A DNA stretch of 64,000 nucleotides, taken from Chloroflexota bacterium (lineage in GTDB: Bacteria; Chloroflexota; Dormibacteria; Dormibacterales; Dormibacteraceae). The notes under the pieces were generated by a model. It made no database searches and was not told where the DNA came from. It worked only from the letters and a program-made list of their open reading frames with translations. A program made the position numbers and the translations under genes. This document shows positions 48,711 through 58,679 of the stretch, one piece after another; position 1 is the first letter of the stretch, and each line of letters opens with the position of its first letter. Location: positions 43,716 to 107,715 of the forward strand of contig VBEF01000025.1 of the NCBI GenBank assembly GCA_005881275.1. The letters run 5' to 3'.

Positions 48711-50030
48711 ATGAAGGGAGATCTCCCCGGTCGCGACCGGGCGCTCCGGATCACCGGCGGCGCTCAGCTGGCAGGCGATATCTGTGTGAGCGGTTCGAAA
48801 AATGCCGCCCTGCCGGAGATGGCGGCAGCGTTGTTGACTTCCGAACCATTGACCCTCCACAACATGCCGCGCGTGACCGATATCACGGTCATGGGCGATA
48901 TCGTGCGCGAGCTGGGCGGTCAATCCGAAGGCGAGGGCACAGTCGTGCTTAACGCTGGCGCCGCGTTGCGAAGTGATGTACCCGATGAGCTCGGGCGCCG
49001 GATGCGTGCAACGATCGTCCTCCTCGGGGCGCTCCTCGCGCGATTTGGCCGAGCCCGCGTTCCACGTCCGGGCGGCGACGACATCGGTGCGCGCCGCTTC
49101 GAGCAGCATCTGCGGGGTCTGCGCCAGATGGGGGCGCACATAACCGAGACGAATGACGAGATCGTTGCCACCGCCGACGAGCTGCACGGCGACCGCATCG
49201 TGTTCGATCTCCCGACGGTGACGGGGACCGAGAACATCCTGCTGGCGGCGGTGAAGGCTCACGGCCGCACCGAGATCTTCAACGCCGCGCGCGAACCGCA
49301 CGTGCAGGACCTCTGCGGTCTGTTGGTCAAGATGGGCGCACACATTGAGGGCATCGGCACCGAGCGCTTGATCGTCGATGGGACTCAGGAGCTCGGCGGC
49401 GCCGAGCACACGGTCGTGGCCGATTACCTGGAGGCGGGGACGTATGCGATCGCTGCCGCGGCTGCCGGTGGGAATCTGCGCATCGAGTGCAGCCGCCCGC
49501 AGGACCTCGAGCTGCTCCTCCTCAAGCTCGAGCAGGCCGGAGCCCACGTCGAGGCCGGAGACGGATGGTTTCGGGTTGGGCGGGAGACGCGGACGCCGAT
49601 CCAGCCGATCGATATGTCGACGTGGACGTTTCCCGGCTTTCCCACCGACCTTCAGGCGCAGTACATGGCCCTGATGACGAAGGCGGATGGCGAGAGCGTC
49701 ATCTCCGAGTACGTTCACGAGAATCGCTTCCAGCACGTGCGCGAGCTGGCCAAGATGGGCGCCGAGGTCACCGTCGAGGGCCGGCTGCACGCGATCGTGC
49801 ACGGGCCCTGCCGGCTGCGCGGAACTGAGGTCACGATCCCCGACATCCGCTCCGGCGCGGCCCTCGTCATCGCGGCGCTGTGCGCTGAGGGGGACAGCCT
49901 CTTGCGCAACGCGTGGCACGTCGAGCGCGGTTACGAGGACATGGTGGGCAAGCTGGCGTCGGCAGGAGCCCGGATCAAAACGGTCAGCGTGGATCTCGAA
50001 ACGTCGGGTGGTCACCGCACTTACGAGTGA
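48711..50030 (+). CDS. murA: UDP-N-acetylglucosamine 1-carboxyvinyltransferase; Asp in place of the fosfomycin-target Cys
   Basis: SGSKNAALP and the PRPGGDDIGARRF active-site loop (E. coli has LPGGCAIGARPVD). Confidence 0.95.
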   Translation: MKGDLPGRDRALRITGGAQLAGDICVSGSKNAALPEMAAALLTSEPLTLHNMPRVTDITVMGDIVRELGGQSEGEGTVVLNAGAALRSDVPDELGRRMRATIVLLGALLARFGRARVPRPGGDDIGARRFEQHLRGLRQMGAHITETNDEIVATADELHGDRIVFDLPTVTGTENILLAAVKAHGRTEIFNAAREPHVQDLCGLLVKMGAHIEGIGTERLIVDGTQELGGAEHTVVADYLEAGTYAIAAAAAGGNLRIECSRPQDLELLLLKLEQAGAHVEAGDGWFRVGRETRTPIQPIDMSTWTFPGFPTDLQAQYMALMTKADGESVISEYVHENRFQHVRELAKMGAEVTVEGRLHAIVHGPCRLRGTEVTIPDIRSGAALVIAALCAEGDSLLRNAWHVERGYEDMVGKLASAGARIKTVSVDLETSGGHRTYE

Positions 50031-50950
50031 TGTCGATACTCTCCCGGAAGATCGGGATCGACCTCGGCACCTCGACCGTGCTCATCTACGTCAAGGGCGA
50101 AGGCATCGTCGTGAACGAACCGTCCCTCGCGGCCGTCAATCGCGACAGAACGCGAATCCTCGCCGTAGGGAACCAGGCGTTCGCGATGGTGGGGCGCGCT
50201 CCCGAATCGATCCAGGTGGTGCGACCGATGCGCGACGGCGCGATCGCGGATTTCGTCGTGACCGAGGGCATGCTGCAACACCTCATCGGTAAGGCGATCT
50301 CCGCCGGGGCGCGGCAGGCCTGGCTCATCGACGCACCACTCGCCGCCGCGATCGGGGCGGGACTGCCGATCGCAGAGCCACGCGGCAACGCGATATGCGA
50401 TATCGGCGGCGGTACGACCGAGATCGCTGTCATCTCGCTCTCAGGGATGGTCGTCGCCCATTCGATCCCCGTCGGCGGCAACCGAATCGACGACGCAATC
50501 GCGACTTACATGAAACGCAAGCACAACCTGCTGATCGGGGAGCGCACCGCGGAAGACGCAAAGATCGCGGCAGGGTCGGCTGTCTCGATGCGACAGCCCC
50601 TGCTCGCGGAAGTGCGCGGGCGCGATCTTGTCACGGGCCTGCCCCGAAACGTCGAGGTCACATCCAACGATATCGTCGAGGCGATCCAGGAACCGCTGCG
50701 GCTCATCGTCGGGGCTGTGCGCGACGCGCTCGGAGAGACGCCGCCCGAGCTGGCGGCGGACATCTTCGATCGCGGCATGGTGCTGTCGGGTGGGGGCGCG
50801 CAGCTGAGGGGGATCGACCGGTACATCTCGATGCACACCGGCATCCCGGCGGTCGTGGCGGACGAGCCCCAGACGACGGTCGTGCGCGGCACCGGTCTCG
50901 CGCTCGAGAACTTCGGGGTCATGAAGCGGAATCAGTCTTACTTCCGCTGA
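50030..50950 (+). CDS. mreB: Rod-shape protein MreB, short form (306 aa) with an apparent internal deletion
   Basis: IGIDLGTSTVLIYV, DIGGGTTEIAVISL and VLSGGGAQLRG. ATG 50030 overlaps the murA TGA. The 49913 start in the ORF track is a shadow extension. Confidence 0.85.
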   Translation: MSILSRKIGIDLGTSTVLIYVKGEGIVVNEPSLAAVNRDRTRILAVGNQAFAMVGRAPESIQVVRPMRDGAIADFVVTEGMLQHLIGKAISAGARQAWLIDAPLAAAIGAGLPIAEPRGNAICDIGGGTTEIAVISLSGMVVAHSIPVGGNRIDDAIATYMKRKHNLLIGERTAEDAKIAAGSAVSMRQPLLAEVRGRDLVTGLPRNVEVTSNDIVEAIQEPLRLIVGAVRDALGETPPELAADIFDRGMVLSGGGAQLRGIDRYISMHTGIPAVVADEPQTTVVRGTGLALENFGVMKRNQSYFR

Positions 50951-51029
50951 TGCGGACCCGGCCTTCCCCTCCGGCTCAGCCCCTCCGGCGCCCGCGGCGC
51001 CACCTCCGCATGTATGCGGCGGGGGGTTC

Positions 51030-52148
51030 TTGACCGGCTTGAAAGTAGTGGTTGACGGGTCGGGCCTCGAACGGCCCCGGGCGGGGGTCGGCGTCTACAC
51101 GAGCGAGATCGTCCGCGCCCTCGCCGTGGATCGCCCCGACTGCAGGCTTACAGTGTTTGGGCCGCGAGGCGCCGGCGTCCACGTCCCCAACGCGACCTAC
51201 AGGTTGCTGCCTCGAACCAGGCTGATCGGACGGCACGTGCAGTGGCCCACGCAGATTCGGCAGCTTCAGCCGGACGCATATTTCGGGCCCGCCGGCGCGC
51301 TCCCGCTCGGAAGCGTCGGCAGCCCGGCGGTCATCACAGTGCACGACCTCGCGATCTACCGCAATGCGCGCTGGTTTCCGGCGCGCCAGCCGCTCAGCAC
51401 TCGCCTCGTTGTACCGCGCTCGGTCTTACGGTCTGATCGCGTGATCGCGGTTTCGGAGAACACCGCGCGGGATATCGTCGAAATCTTCGGCATCGACCGG
51501 GCACGGATCCAGGTGGTCTATCACGGCTTGTCGCCAAAAATGCGCCCGATGAGCGCAGAGGAGCGAGCCTCCGCCCGAGCGCGCCTCAACCTGCCCGAGC
51601 GATTCATCCTCTTCGTCGGCACGGTCGAGCCGCGCAAGAATCTCGCCACCCTGCTCGATGCGTGGGCGATGATGCGAGACCGCCCCGACCTCGTTGTCGT
51701 GGGGTCGTGGGGCTGGCTGTACGAGCCGATCAGAGAAAAGATGGCGAGGCTCGGTCCGCGCCTGCATCATCTCGATTCGGTCGATCTGGGCGAGCTGCCC
51801 GCGATCTACAACCTCGCGCGGATTCTTGCTCACCCCGCATGGTATGAAGGTTTTGGTTTGCCCCCGCTCGAGGCGATGGGGTGCGGTACGCCGGTGATCG
51901 TCTCCGATCGATCAAGCCTTCCCGAGGTTGTTGACGATGCGGCTCTTGTGGTGCCGGCCGATCAGCCAGAGGCATGGCGCGAGGAGCTCGAGCGGTTGAT
52001 GGACGACACCGACCTCGCCGCCGATCTACGGCACCGGGGGATCTTGCGCGCGGCCCAGTTCAGCTGGTCACGTGCCGCGCGATTGACCTGGCAGGCGATC
52101 GACGACGCGATCCGTTCTCGCAAGCAGGCGGCTAGACCAGCTCCCTGA
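51030..52148 (+). CDS. Glycosyltransferase family 4 (GT-B, retaining)
   Basis: EGFGLPPLEAMGCGTPVIVSDRSSLPEVV (E-x7-E region). Start could alternatively be TTG 51039. Confidence 0.85.
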   Translation: MTGLKVVVDGSGLERPRAGVGVYTSEIVRALAVDRPDCRLTVFGPRGAGVHVPNATYRLLPRTRLIGRHVQWPTQIRQLQPDAYFGPAGALPLGSVGSPAVITVHDLAIYRNARWFPARQPLSTRLVVPRSVLRSDRVIAVSENTARDIVEIFGIDRARIQVVYHGLSPKMRPMSAEERASARARLNLPERFILFVGTVEPRKNLATLLDAWAMMRDRPDLVVVGSWGWLYEPIREKMARLGPRLHHLDSVDLGELPAIYNLARILAHPAWYEGFGLPPLEAMGCGTPVIVSDRSSLPEVVDDAALVVPADQPEAWREELERLMDDTDLAADLRHRGILRAAQFSWSRAARLTWQAIDDAIRSRKQAARPAP

Positions 52149-53202
52149 TCACTTCGGCAATCCCGGCCGCGGTTTTGTCCCAGGTGAACTTCGCGGCGCG
52201 TGAGCGGGCGGCGCGGGCCATTTTCGTGCGCAGCGCCTCATCGCCCAGCGCCACCTTCAGCACACCGGCGAGACGGTCCGGATCGGCGGAGTCGTGGAAG
52301 TAAAGCGCAGCATCCCCGCCGACCTCGGGCAGCGAAGACGATTTCGCCGCGACCACGACCTTGCCTCGCGCCATGGCCTCCAGCACGGGCAGACCGAATC
52401 CTTCGTACAGGCTCGGCACGACGACGGCGCCGGCGCGCTCGTAGAGCAGCTCGAGCATTGGCTGGTCGACCATGCCCAGGACGCGGCAGTGCGTCGAGTT
52501 GCGGAGCTTTTCGGAGAGTGCCGCGTCGCGCTCCGGGCCTGCGATGACGAGCGTGACATCGTCCAGATGCTCGACCGCGGCGAGCGCCGCGGCCTGGTTC
52601 TTGCGTGCCTCCACTCGGCCCACCTGAAGAATGAAGTTGCCGTTCAGACCGAGCTCGGTGAGGCGCGACGCCGGAGCCGGCTGGACCGCGGGCGGGCTGA
52701 TCCCCAGAGGCACGACGCGGACGCGCTCCGGCGCCACGCCGTAGGTGTCGACGAGGTCCTGCTTCGTCGACTCCGAGACAGCGATCAGGATGCGGGACCG
52801 CGCCACGGCCCAGCGCGTGCTGAGCCTGAGATAAGTCCGGTCGGCGAGGCTGTACGCGTCCGGGTGCCGCTCGAACGCGAGGTCATGGACCACCGTGAGC
52901 ACCTTCCCTGCGTACGCAAACGGAATCACGTGAGCCGGCACGAAGAGCAGGTCCGGACGCTCCCTGGCGAGCCCGATCGGAAGCCGCACTTGCGACCACA
53001 TGCGCCCAAAGGGGAGCACCAGCACATCCACGCCCAATCCGGCCTTGGGCCGGGAGGCGAAGAAACGCCAGCGGAGCTCGGGTGCGGCCTGGGGGAGCCT
53101 GGCGCAAACCTCGCGAGTGAAGACTTCGGTGCCCGTGGCGACCGCGCGGGTCGCGGGGTTGATGTCGACGGCAACCATCGCCGGCCTGCTCGTGGATGTC
53201 AC
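52132..53202 (-). CDS. Glycosyltransferase family 4 (GT-B, retaining)
   Basis: EGFGLPVLEAMARGKVVVAAKSSSLPEVGG. The 3' end overlaps the convergent GT4 gene by 17 nt. Confidence 0.85.
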   Translation of the reverse strand: MTSTSRPAMVAVDINPATRAVATGTEVFTREVCARLPQAAPELRWRFFASRPKAGLGVDVLVLPFGRMWSQVRLPIGLARERPDLLFVPAHVIPFAYAGKVLTVVHDLAFERHPDAYSLADRTYLRLSTRWAVARSRILIAVSESTKQDLVDTYGVAPERVRVVPLGISPPAVQPAPASRLTELGLNGNFILQVGRVEARKNQAAALAAVEHLDDVTLVIAGPERDAALSEKLRNSTHCRVLGMVDQPMLELLYERAGAVVVPSLYEGFGLPVLEAMARGKVVVAAKSSSLPEVGGDAALYFHDSADPDRLAGVLKVALGDEALRTKMARAARSRAAKFTWDKTAAGIAEVIRELV

Positions 53203-53371
53203 GTCTCGAACGACCTTAAGCTAACCGCCGTGGGGCATGTCACCGGCCGGGTCGCGATGGTTTCAGCCCTCAGGCGATCGAAGCGGTGAGGCAGGCCGGC
53301 CACTTCACCGCCGTACCCACGTCGCGGGTCTCGACCAGGCTCAGCCTGCGCGATCGCTACCGACAGGACGC

Positions 53372-54091
53372 TTGACAGAAGCCAGAATCCTCGGAGTCAG
53401 GGTCGACTGCCTCGACATGCGCACCGCTCTGGAGCGCGTCGAGCGCTTCGTCGAGGATGGCGTAACCCAGCTTGTGGCCACTGTCAACGCAGAGTTCGTC
53501 ATGCGCGCACAGGAGGATCGTGAGTTTGCGCGCGTGCTCAACTCGGCCGGCCTGTGCCTGCCTGATGGGATCGGCGTGGTGTGGGCGGCGCGGCGTCAAG
53601 GCTGCGCGCTGGACCAAACCGTCTCGGGTGTGGACCTGATCCAGCCCCTCGCGGCGATGTGCGCGCGCCGTGGTTTCAAGTTGTTTCTTCTCGGCGCGGC
53701 TCCAGGTGTGGCCGGCGATCTCGCGGCGAGATTGCGTGCGGCCAACCCGTCGCTCCAGGTCACGGCGCACTCCGGTGGACCCGATCCCGCCCAGGACGCC
53801 GAGACGCTGAAGCTCATCCATGAGCACGGCACGCAGGTCCTGCTGGTTGCGTTTGGCGCGCCGGCACAGGAGCTCTGGATCGACCGGCTCCGCAACCGGC
53901 TTGGCGTGGCCGTGGGCATTGGCGTAGGTGGGGCCTTTGACTTCCTGACCGGCCGCATGCCGCGCGCGCCCGAATGGATGCGGAGGGCAGGTCTCGAGTG
54001 GCTCTTCCGCCTCGCCCGCCAGCCCTGGCGCATCCGACGCATGACGGTACTTCCGGCCTACGCGGTCAAGGTTCTTAGGTCTCCCAAGTAA
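53372..54091 (+). CDS. tagA: WecB/TagA/CpsF-family glycosyltransferase (GT26)
   Basis: ILGVRVD..VNAEFVM..LPDGIGVVWA..FLLGAAPGVA..GVGGAFDF..PRAPEWMRRAGLEWLFRL. Start is uncertain; TTG 53372 is proposed. Confidence 0.8.
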   Translation: MTEARILGVRVDCLDMRTALERVERFVEDGVTQLVATVNAEFVMRAQEDREFARVLNSAGLCLPDGIGVVWAARRQGCALDQTVSGVDLIQPLAAMCARRGFKLFLLGAAPGVAGDLAARLRAANPSLQVTAHSGGPDPAQDAETLKLIHEHGTQVLLVAFGAPAQELWIDRLRNRLGVAVGIGVGGAFDFLTGRMPRAPEWMRRAGLEWLFRLARQPWRIRRMTVLPAYAVKVLRSPK

Positions 54092-54102
54092 GATCGCGAC
54101 CC

Positions 54103-54801
54103 GTGCTTAGCATCGTGATCCCCTGCTTCAACGAAGAGCAGCGCCTGCCGCGCACGATCGAGCAGATCGAGCGCCACCTCGACACAAGGAACACTCCCTA
54201 CGAGCTCATCCTCGTCGATGACGGCAGCGCCGACGGGACGCGCCTGATCATGGACGCCGCGGCCGAGCGCCACGGAGGCGTGCGCGTCGAAGCCCTGCCG
54301 CACAACAGAGGCAAGGGGCGCGCCCTCGCCGTCGGTGTGCAGGCCGCCAACGGAGACGAGGTCTTGATCACCGACGCGGACCTCTCGACTCCGATCGAAG
54401 AGCTGGACAAGCTCCAGGCGGCGCTCGACAACGGCGCCGGCGTAGCGATCGGCTCGCGTGCCCTGCGCGCCTCTCGTGTCGAGGTCTCGCAGCCGATCTA
54501 CCGCGTGGTCATGGGCAAGATCTTCAACCTCATCGTGCAGGCGGTGCTGTTGCCGGGAATCTGGGACACGCAGTGCGGCTTCAAGCTGTTTCGCGCTGAT
54601 GTGGCGCACAGCGTGTTCGGAAGCCTCGTCACGGACGGCTTTGGCTTCGACCCTGAGGTCCTGTATCGCGCGCGCAAGCAGGGCGTGAAGATCGCGGAGG
54701 TGCCGGTCGTCTGGCGCAACTCGGCTCCCACCACGGTGAGCCCGGTGCACAGCTCGATCGACATGCTCAAGCACGTCGTGCGGCTGAGGCTGCGCGGATG
54801 A
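54103..54801 (+). CDS. GT2 polyprenyl-phosphate glycosyltransferase (dolichyl-phosphate glucose/mannose synthase-like)
   Basis: LSIVIPCFNEE, LVDDGSADGT, ITDADLS and CGFKLF. Confidence 0.85.
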   Translation: MLSIVIPCFNEEQRLPRTIEQIERHLDTRNTPYELILVDDGSADGTRLIMDAAAERHGGVRVEALPHNRGKGRALAVGVQAANGDEVLITDADLSTPIEELDKLQAALDNGAGVAIGSRALRASRVEVSQPIYRVVMGKIFNLIVQAVLLPGIWDTQCGFKLFRADVAHSVFGSLVTDGFGFDPEVLYRARKQGVKIAEVPVVWRNSAPTTVSPVHSSIDMLKHVVRLRLRG

Positions 54802-55535
54802 GCAGCGATCGAAGACTCACTGCAAGACGATCCCCGGCTACCGAGGTGCTTGTCGTGCTCCCGACCTTCAACGAGCGTGAAAACCTCGAGCGGGTCGTTT
54901 CGGGCGTCCGGCACCTCGGCCACGACGTGCTCGTCGTCGACGACGCCTCGCCAGACGGAACCGGAGACATCGCCGACGGTCTCGCCGCGGCCGACGAGGG
55001 CGTCCGGGTCATGCATCGAGAGCGCAAGCTCGGTCTCGGCAGCGCGTACGAAGACGCGTTCCGGATCGGGCTGGCCGAAGGCTCCAGGCTCCTGGTCGAG
55101 ATGGACGCGGACGGCTCGCACCGCGCGCAGGACCTCCAGCCGATCGTGGATGCCGCGCGGGGTTGTGGCGGACTGGCGGTGGGGTCGCGCTACGTGCGGG
55201 GCGGTCAGATCGTCGGATGGCCGCGGCACCGGCTCTTGCTTTCGTGGGGCGCCAACGTGTACTGCCGCACACTGCTCAGTCTCAAGGTGCGCGACTGCAC
55301 ATCCGGGTTTCGCTGCTACACGCGCGAGCTGCTGTCGAGCATTGACCTCGACGGCATCGTCTCGCAGGGGTATTCCTTCCAGATCGAGATGGTGCACCGG
55401 ACTGTGCGCCTCGGCTATCCCGTGGTCGAGGTGCCAATTCGCTTCGAGGACCGGGTGGCAGGCGCCTCCAAGGTGTCACAAGGGGAGATCAGACGAGCGC
55501 TGTGGACCGTTCTCCGCCTGAGCATGAGCCGATGA
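54798..55535 (+). CDS. GT2 polyprenol monophosphomannose synthase-like (Ppm1/Dpm1)
   Basis: VVLPTFNERENL, VVDDASPDGT, MDADGSH and SGFRCY. 4-nt overlap with the upstream GT2 gene. Confidence 0.85.
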   Translation: MSSDRRLTARRSPATEVLVVLPTFNERENLERVVSGVRHLGHDVLVVDDASPDGTGDIADGLAAADEGVRVMHRERKLGLGSAYEDAFRIGLAEGSRLLVEMDADGSHRAQDLQPIVDAARGCGGLAVGSRYVRGGQIVGWPRHRLLLSWGANVYCRTLLSLKVRDCTSGFRCYTRELLSSIDLDGIVSQGYSFQIEMVHRTVRLGYPVVEVPIRFEDRVAGASKVSQGEIRRALWTVLRLSMSR

Positions 55536-57169
55536 AATTGATTGAGAGAAGCTCCACCCCACCACCTGGGGAGGTGGCCCCGAGGGCCGGAGCCGCCCGG
55601 CCGGAGCGGCCCCGCGGCCTGCGGACAGCGGTGGCAGAGTGGCGCCTTCCCCTCCTGATGGGCATGGTCCTCGCGGGCGTCACCGCGATCCCGTACCTCT
55701 ACGCCTACGCCGTCCAACCCCAGGGCCACGTCTTCATGGGCTTCTTCTACCTGGGCGACGACGCAAACACGTACCTGGCGAAGATGCGCCAGGGCTGGGA
55801 GGGGTCGTGGGCCTGGCAGAACAGGTACACGACCGAGTCGAGCCCCACCGCGTACCTCTTCATGTTCTGGATCGTCCTGGGTCACATCGCGGCCCTGACC
55901 AACCTGCCTTTGATCGCGGTCTTCCACCTCGCGCGGGTGGCCGCCGCCTTTGCCTTGATGGCGGCGGCCTGGCTCTTCATCACCCACTTCGTGCCCGACC
56001 GCGCGGCCCGCCGCTTTGCGTTCTTCCTCTGCGCCATCGGGTTGGGCATGGGTTACGTGATCCAGGCGCTGGGGCAGCCGGTGATCTTTGGCAACCCGAC
56101 CGACACGCTCGACTGGCGCATGCCCGAGCTCACAGCCTTCTACTCGGTGCTGGCGCTGCCGCATTTCGCGTGGTCCGGCGTATTTGCGGCGGTCGGGGTC
56201 GCGCTGACGCTGAAGGCGATCGAGCGGGGAAGCCTCTGGCTTGCCGTCGTCGCGGGCCTCGCCTGGCTCGGTCAGGCGTCGATCCATCCCCAGATGCCGA
56301 TCCTGATGGGCGGCGCGACCGCGGTCGCTCTCCTGCTCCGGCCCGCCAGCCCCCGCGGCTGGGTGGCCGCCGCCGTCGCCTTCGCGATTCCAGCGCCCTA
56401 CATCCTTTATTCGTATCTCGCCTTTGTGGGCAACCCCGAGGTCCAGCGGTGGACCTTCCACTCCAAGAATGCGCTGCCGCCCGAAACTGTCAGCCTGTTC
56501 TTCGCCATCGCACCGCAGCTGCTGCTGGCGCTGACCGGGCTGCCTGGCGCGCTGCGCCGCCGGACTCGGGAAGACGTGTTCCTGATCGGCTGGCTGGTTC
56601 TGCTCGCCGTGATCCTTTACCTGCCCAATCCGGCGGGCGACCTGCGCCGGCGGTTCCTGGACGGCCTTTACCTGCCGCTCGTCGTGCTGGGCGCGCGCGG
56701 ACTGTACGAGACGATCCTGCCCCGGCTTCGCAGCCTTCGCGCACGCCGCCTTGTTCCTTTTACGTATGTGTCGGTCGCAGCGATTGGGAGTGCCTTCCTG
56801 GTCCTCGCCCCACTGGCGGTGGCGGGGCAGCCGCAGTACACGGTTCCGACCGCCGAGTACAACGGCCTGAGGTGGCTTGGCTCACAGCCCTCAGGCCGCG
56901 TTCTGGCGATGCCGGGCGTGGGTCTCTACATCCCGGCCTACAGCTCAGACAGCGTGTATGTCGGCCACTACGACGAGACCTTCGACTACGCCACCAAGAC
57001 CCAGACGGCGCTCAGCGCGCTCACCGGCAAGTCGGACATCGAGCTGTTCATCCACGACAACGACATCCGATATGTGGTGTGGACGGTGGAGCTTCAGACA
57101 CCGCCGCCGGCTGTCCTGGGCCCGCCGCTCTATGACACTCCCAACTTCAAGGTGTGGCGGCTCTTCTAA
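55532..57169 (+). CDS. Large polytopic membrane protein, GT-C-fold glycosyltransferase-like
   Basis: About 12 TM helices, an early loop with the acidic motif (FYLGDDANTYLAKM), and a soluble C-terminal domain. ATGA overlap with the Ppm1-like gene. Confidence 0.6.
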   Translation: MKLIERSSTPPPGEVAPRAGAARPERPRGLRTAVAEWRLPLLMGMVLAGVTAIPYLYAYAVQPQGHVFMGFFYLGDDANTYLAKMRQGWEGSWAWQNRYTTESSPTAYLFMFWIVLGHIAALTNLPLIAVFHLARVAAAFALMAAAWLFITHFVPDRAARRFAFFLCAIGLGMGYVIQALGQPVIFGNPTDTLDWRMPELTAFYSVLALPHFAWSGVFAAVGVALTLKAIERGSLWLAVVAGLAWLGQASIHPQMPILMGGATAVALLLRPASPRGWVAAAVAFAIPAPYILYSYLAFVGNPEVQRWTFHSKNALPPETVSLFFAIAPQLLLALTGLPGALRRRTREDVFLIGWLVLLAVILYLPNPAGDLRRRFLDGLYLPLVVLGARGLYETILPRLRSLRARRLVPFTYVSVAAIGSAFLVLAPLAVAGQPQYTVPTAEYNGLRWLGSQPSGRVLAMPGVGLYIPAYSSDSVYVGHYDETFDYATKTQTALSALTGKSDIELFIHDNDIRYVVWTVELQTPPPAVLGPPLYDTPNFKVWRLF

Positions 57170-58679
57170 CGTAAATCACCGCGACGGAGTCCTGGTAGAC
57201 GAGAGTCCAATCGGTTTGGGTCGCGAGCACATTCGAGAGCGCCGCGCCTTTGTTGTAGACGATGTAATCGACTCCGTACTTGTCGAGGACCTGCTTCCAG
57301 TTCTGCCGAAGCGTCTGCACGTCCTGGTACTCGTTGAGCAGAGGATCGCCCATCAAGGCGGCCTCGCCGAAGATGAACACCCGCCTGTTGGCGTCGGGGT
57401 AGAAGCGGTAGGCCAGGTAGCCGCCCCACCCGTACTGGTTGTACATTCGCGTGCCCACCCCGGGGTGCGCGGCCAACCAGTCGGCCGCGGCGACGGGATA
57501 AGACGCAGCGTCCGTGCTCTGCTGATGAGCCGGGCTCACGTTGTTCGCAACGCGGACGACGGTGACCAGAGCGATGAAGATGAGCACGATCGCCGTGATG
57601 ACCGCGAAGAGCCTGCGCGGAGGTAGGTGATAGGTCCACTTGCGAGCCGCGGCGAAATCTCTCCACCACTCACCGTACGTGTTGATCATCACGGGCGTGG
57701 CCGCCGCGACGAACAGGGCCACGTTGCGCACCGACTGGAGGGCGAGAAATAGCGCAATCGACGTGAGCAGGAATTGGTACAGCGTCGGCCGGCGCAGCGC
57801 AAAGGCGGCGATGACCAGGAACACCATCGCTTCGAATGGCCGCAGGAAGAGGTCGTGGAAGTTAGGCGACGCCCACTCCACGATCAACCTCTGCTGCGCT
57901 TCGCTGCCCTGTGTTTGGAACGGATACGGATAGAGACTCAGGAAGTGGGGTGTCGCGGCCACCGCCACCGCGGACACCACGGCAATGATCGCAAGCCGCC
58001 GGACGTGCATCCGGTGGGCGGGGTTGTCCCGGTTCGCCACCCAGCTCATGACCTCAGAAGCCAGCGCCACACCAAGCCATACGAACCCGACGACCCAGCC
58101 GCCATGAAGATTGGCCCAAACGGCCATCACGAGCGGAAAGAAGTTGATCGCGCGGCTGCGTCCGCTCAGGTAACCCTGCAACCAGTAGAGCTCGAGGCAG
58201 CTCAGCGCGAACGTGATCATCTGCGCGCGCGGGCCCCAGATGGGTGAGCCGGCGACAGCTGCAATCGCCAGTCCGACGCCGATGAAGACGAAAGGCTGGC
58301 GCCGCACCTGCAGGTAGATCAGCCAGAAACCGGCCCAGGTCAGAAGACCGAATGCGATGCAGAGAGCGGTCAACCCGAGCGTGCTGTACGTGAGCCACAT
58401 CAGCATCTCGGTCAGGTACTCGTGGTCGGTCCAGACGTGGGTCGGGACCGTGAAGGTGAAGAGGTCCTGACTGGGCAGACGGCCGTGCTCGGCCATCCAC
58501 CGGCCGACGCGCAGGTGCCACCAGAAGTCGGGATCCTGCTCGACGCCGATCAAAAGGACCAGGACGATCGTCAGCACACCGCCGATCAGCAGCGTCCGAG
58601 CCGAAAGGCGCTCGGTCAGCCGCAAGGGGTCAGCGGCGGCGGAGGGGGTTTGGTACGTAGCGGGGGACGCGTCTTGCAT
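57147..58679 (-). CDS. Large polytopic membrane protein, GT-C-fold glycosyltransferase-like
   Basis: DPDFWWHLRVGRWMAEHGRLPSQDLFTFT N-terminal loop, many TM helices, and a soluble C-terminal domain. Start is ATG 58679 or TTG 58625; the 58754 ORF-track start overlaps the upstream gene. Confidence 0.55.
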   Translation of the reverse strand: MQDASPATYQTPSAAADPLRLTERLSARTLLIGGVLTIVLVLLIGVEQDPDFWWHLRVGRWMAEHGRLPSQDLFTFTVPTHVWTDHEYLTEMLMWLTYSTLGLTALCIAFGLLTWAGFWLIYLQVRRQPFVFIGVGLAIAAVAGSPIWGPRAQMITFALSCLELYWLQGYLSGRSRAINFFPLVMAVWANLHGGWVVGFVWLGVALASEVMSWVANRDNPAHRMHVRRLAIIAVVSAVAVAATPHFLSLYPYPFQTQGSEAQQRLIVEWASPNFHDLFLRPFEAMVFLVIAAFALRRPTLYQFLLTSIALFLALQSVRNVALFVAAATPVMINTYGEWWRDFAAARKWTYHLPPRRLFAVITAIVLIFIALVTVVRVANNVSPAHQQSTDAASYPVAAADWLAAHPGVGTRMYNQYGWGGYLAYRFYPDANRRVFIFGEAALMGDPLLNEYQDVQTLRQNWKQVLDKYGVDYIVYNKGAALSNVLATQTDWTLVYQDSVAVIYVRRAATP

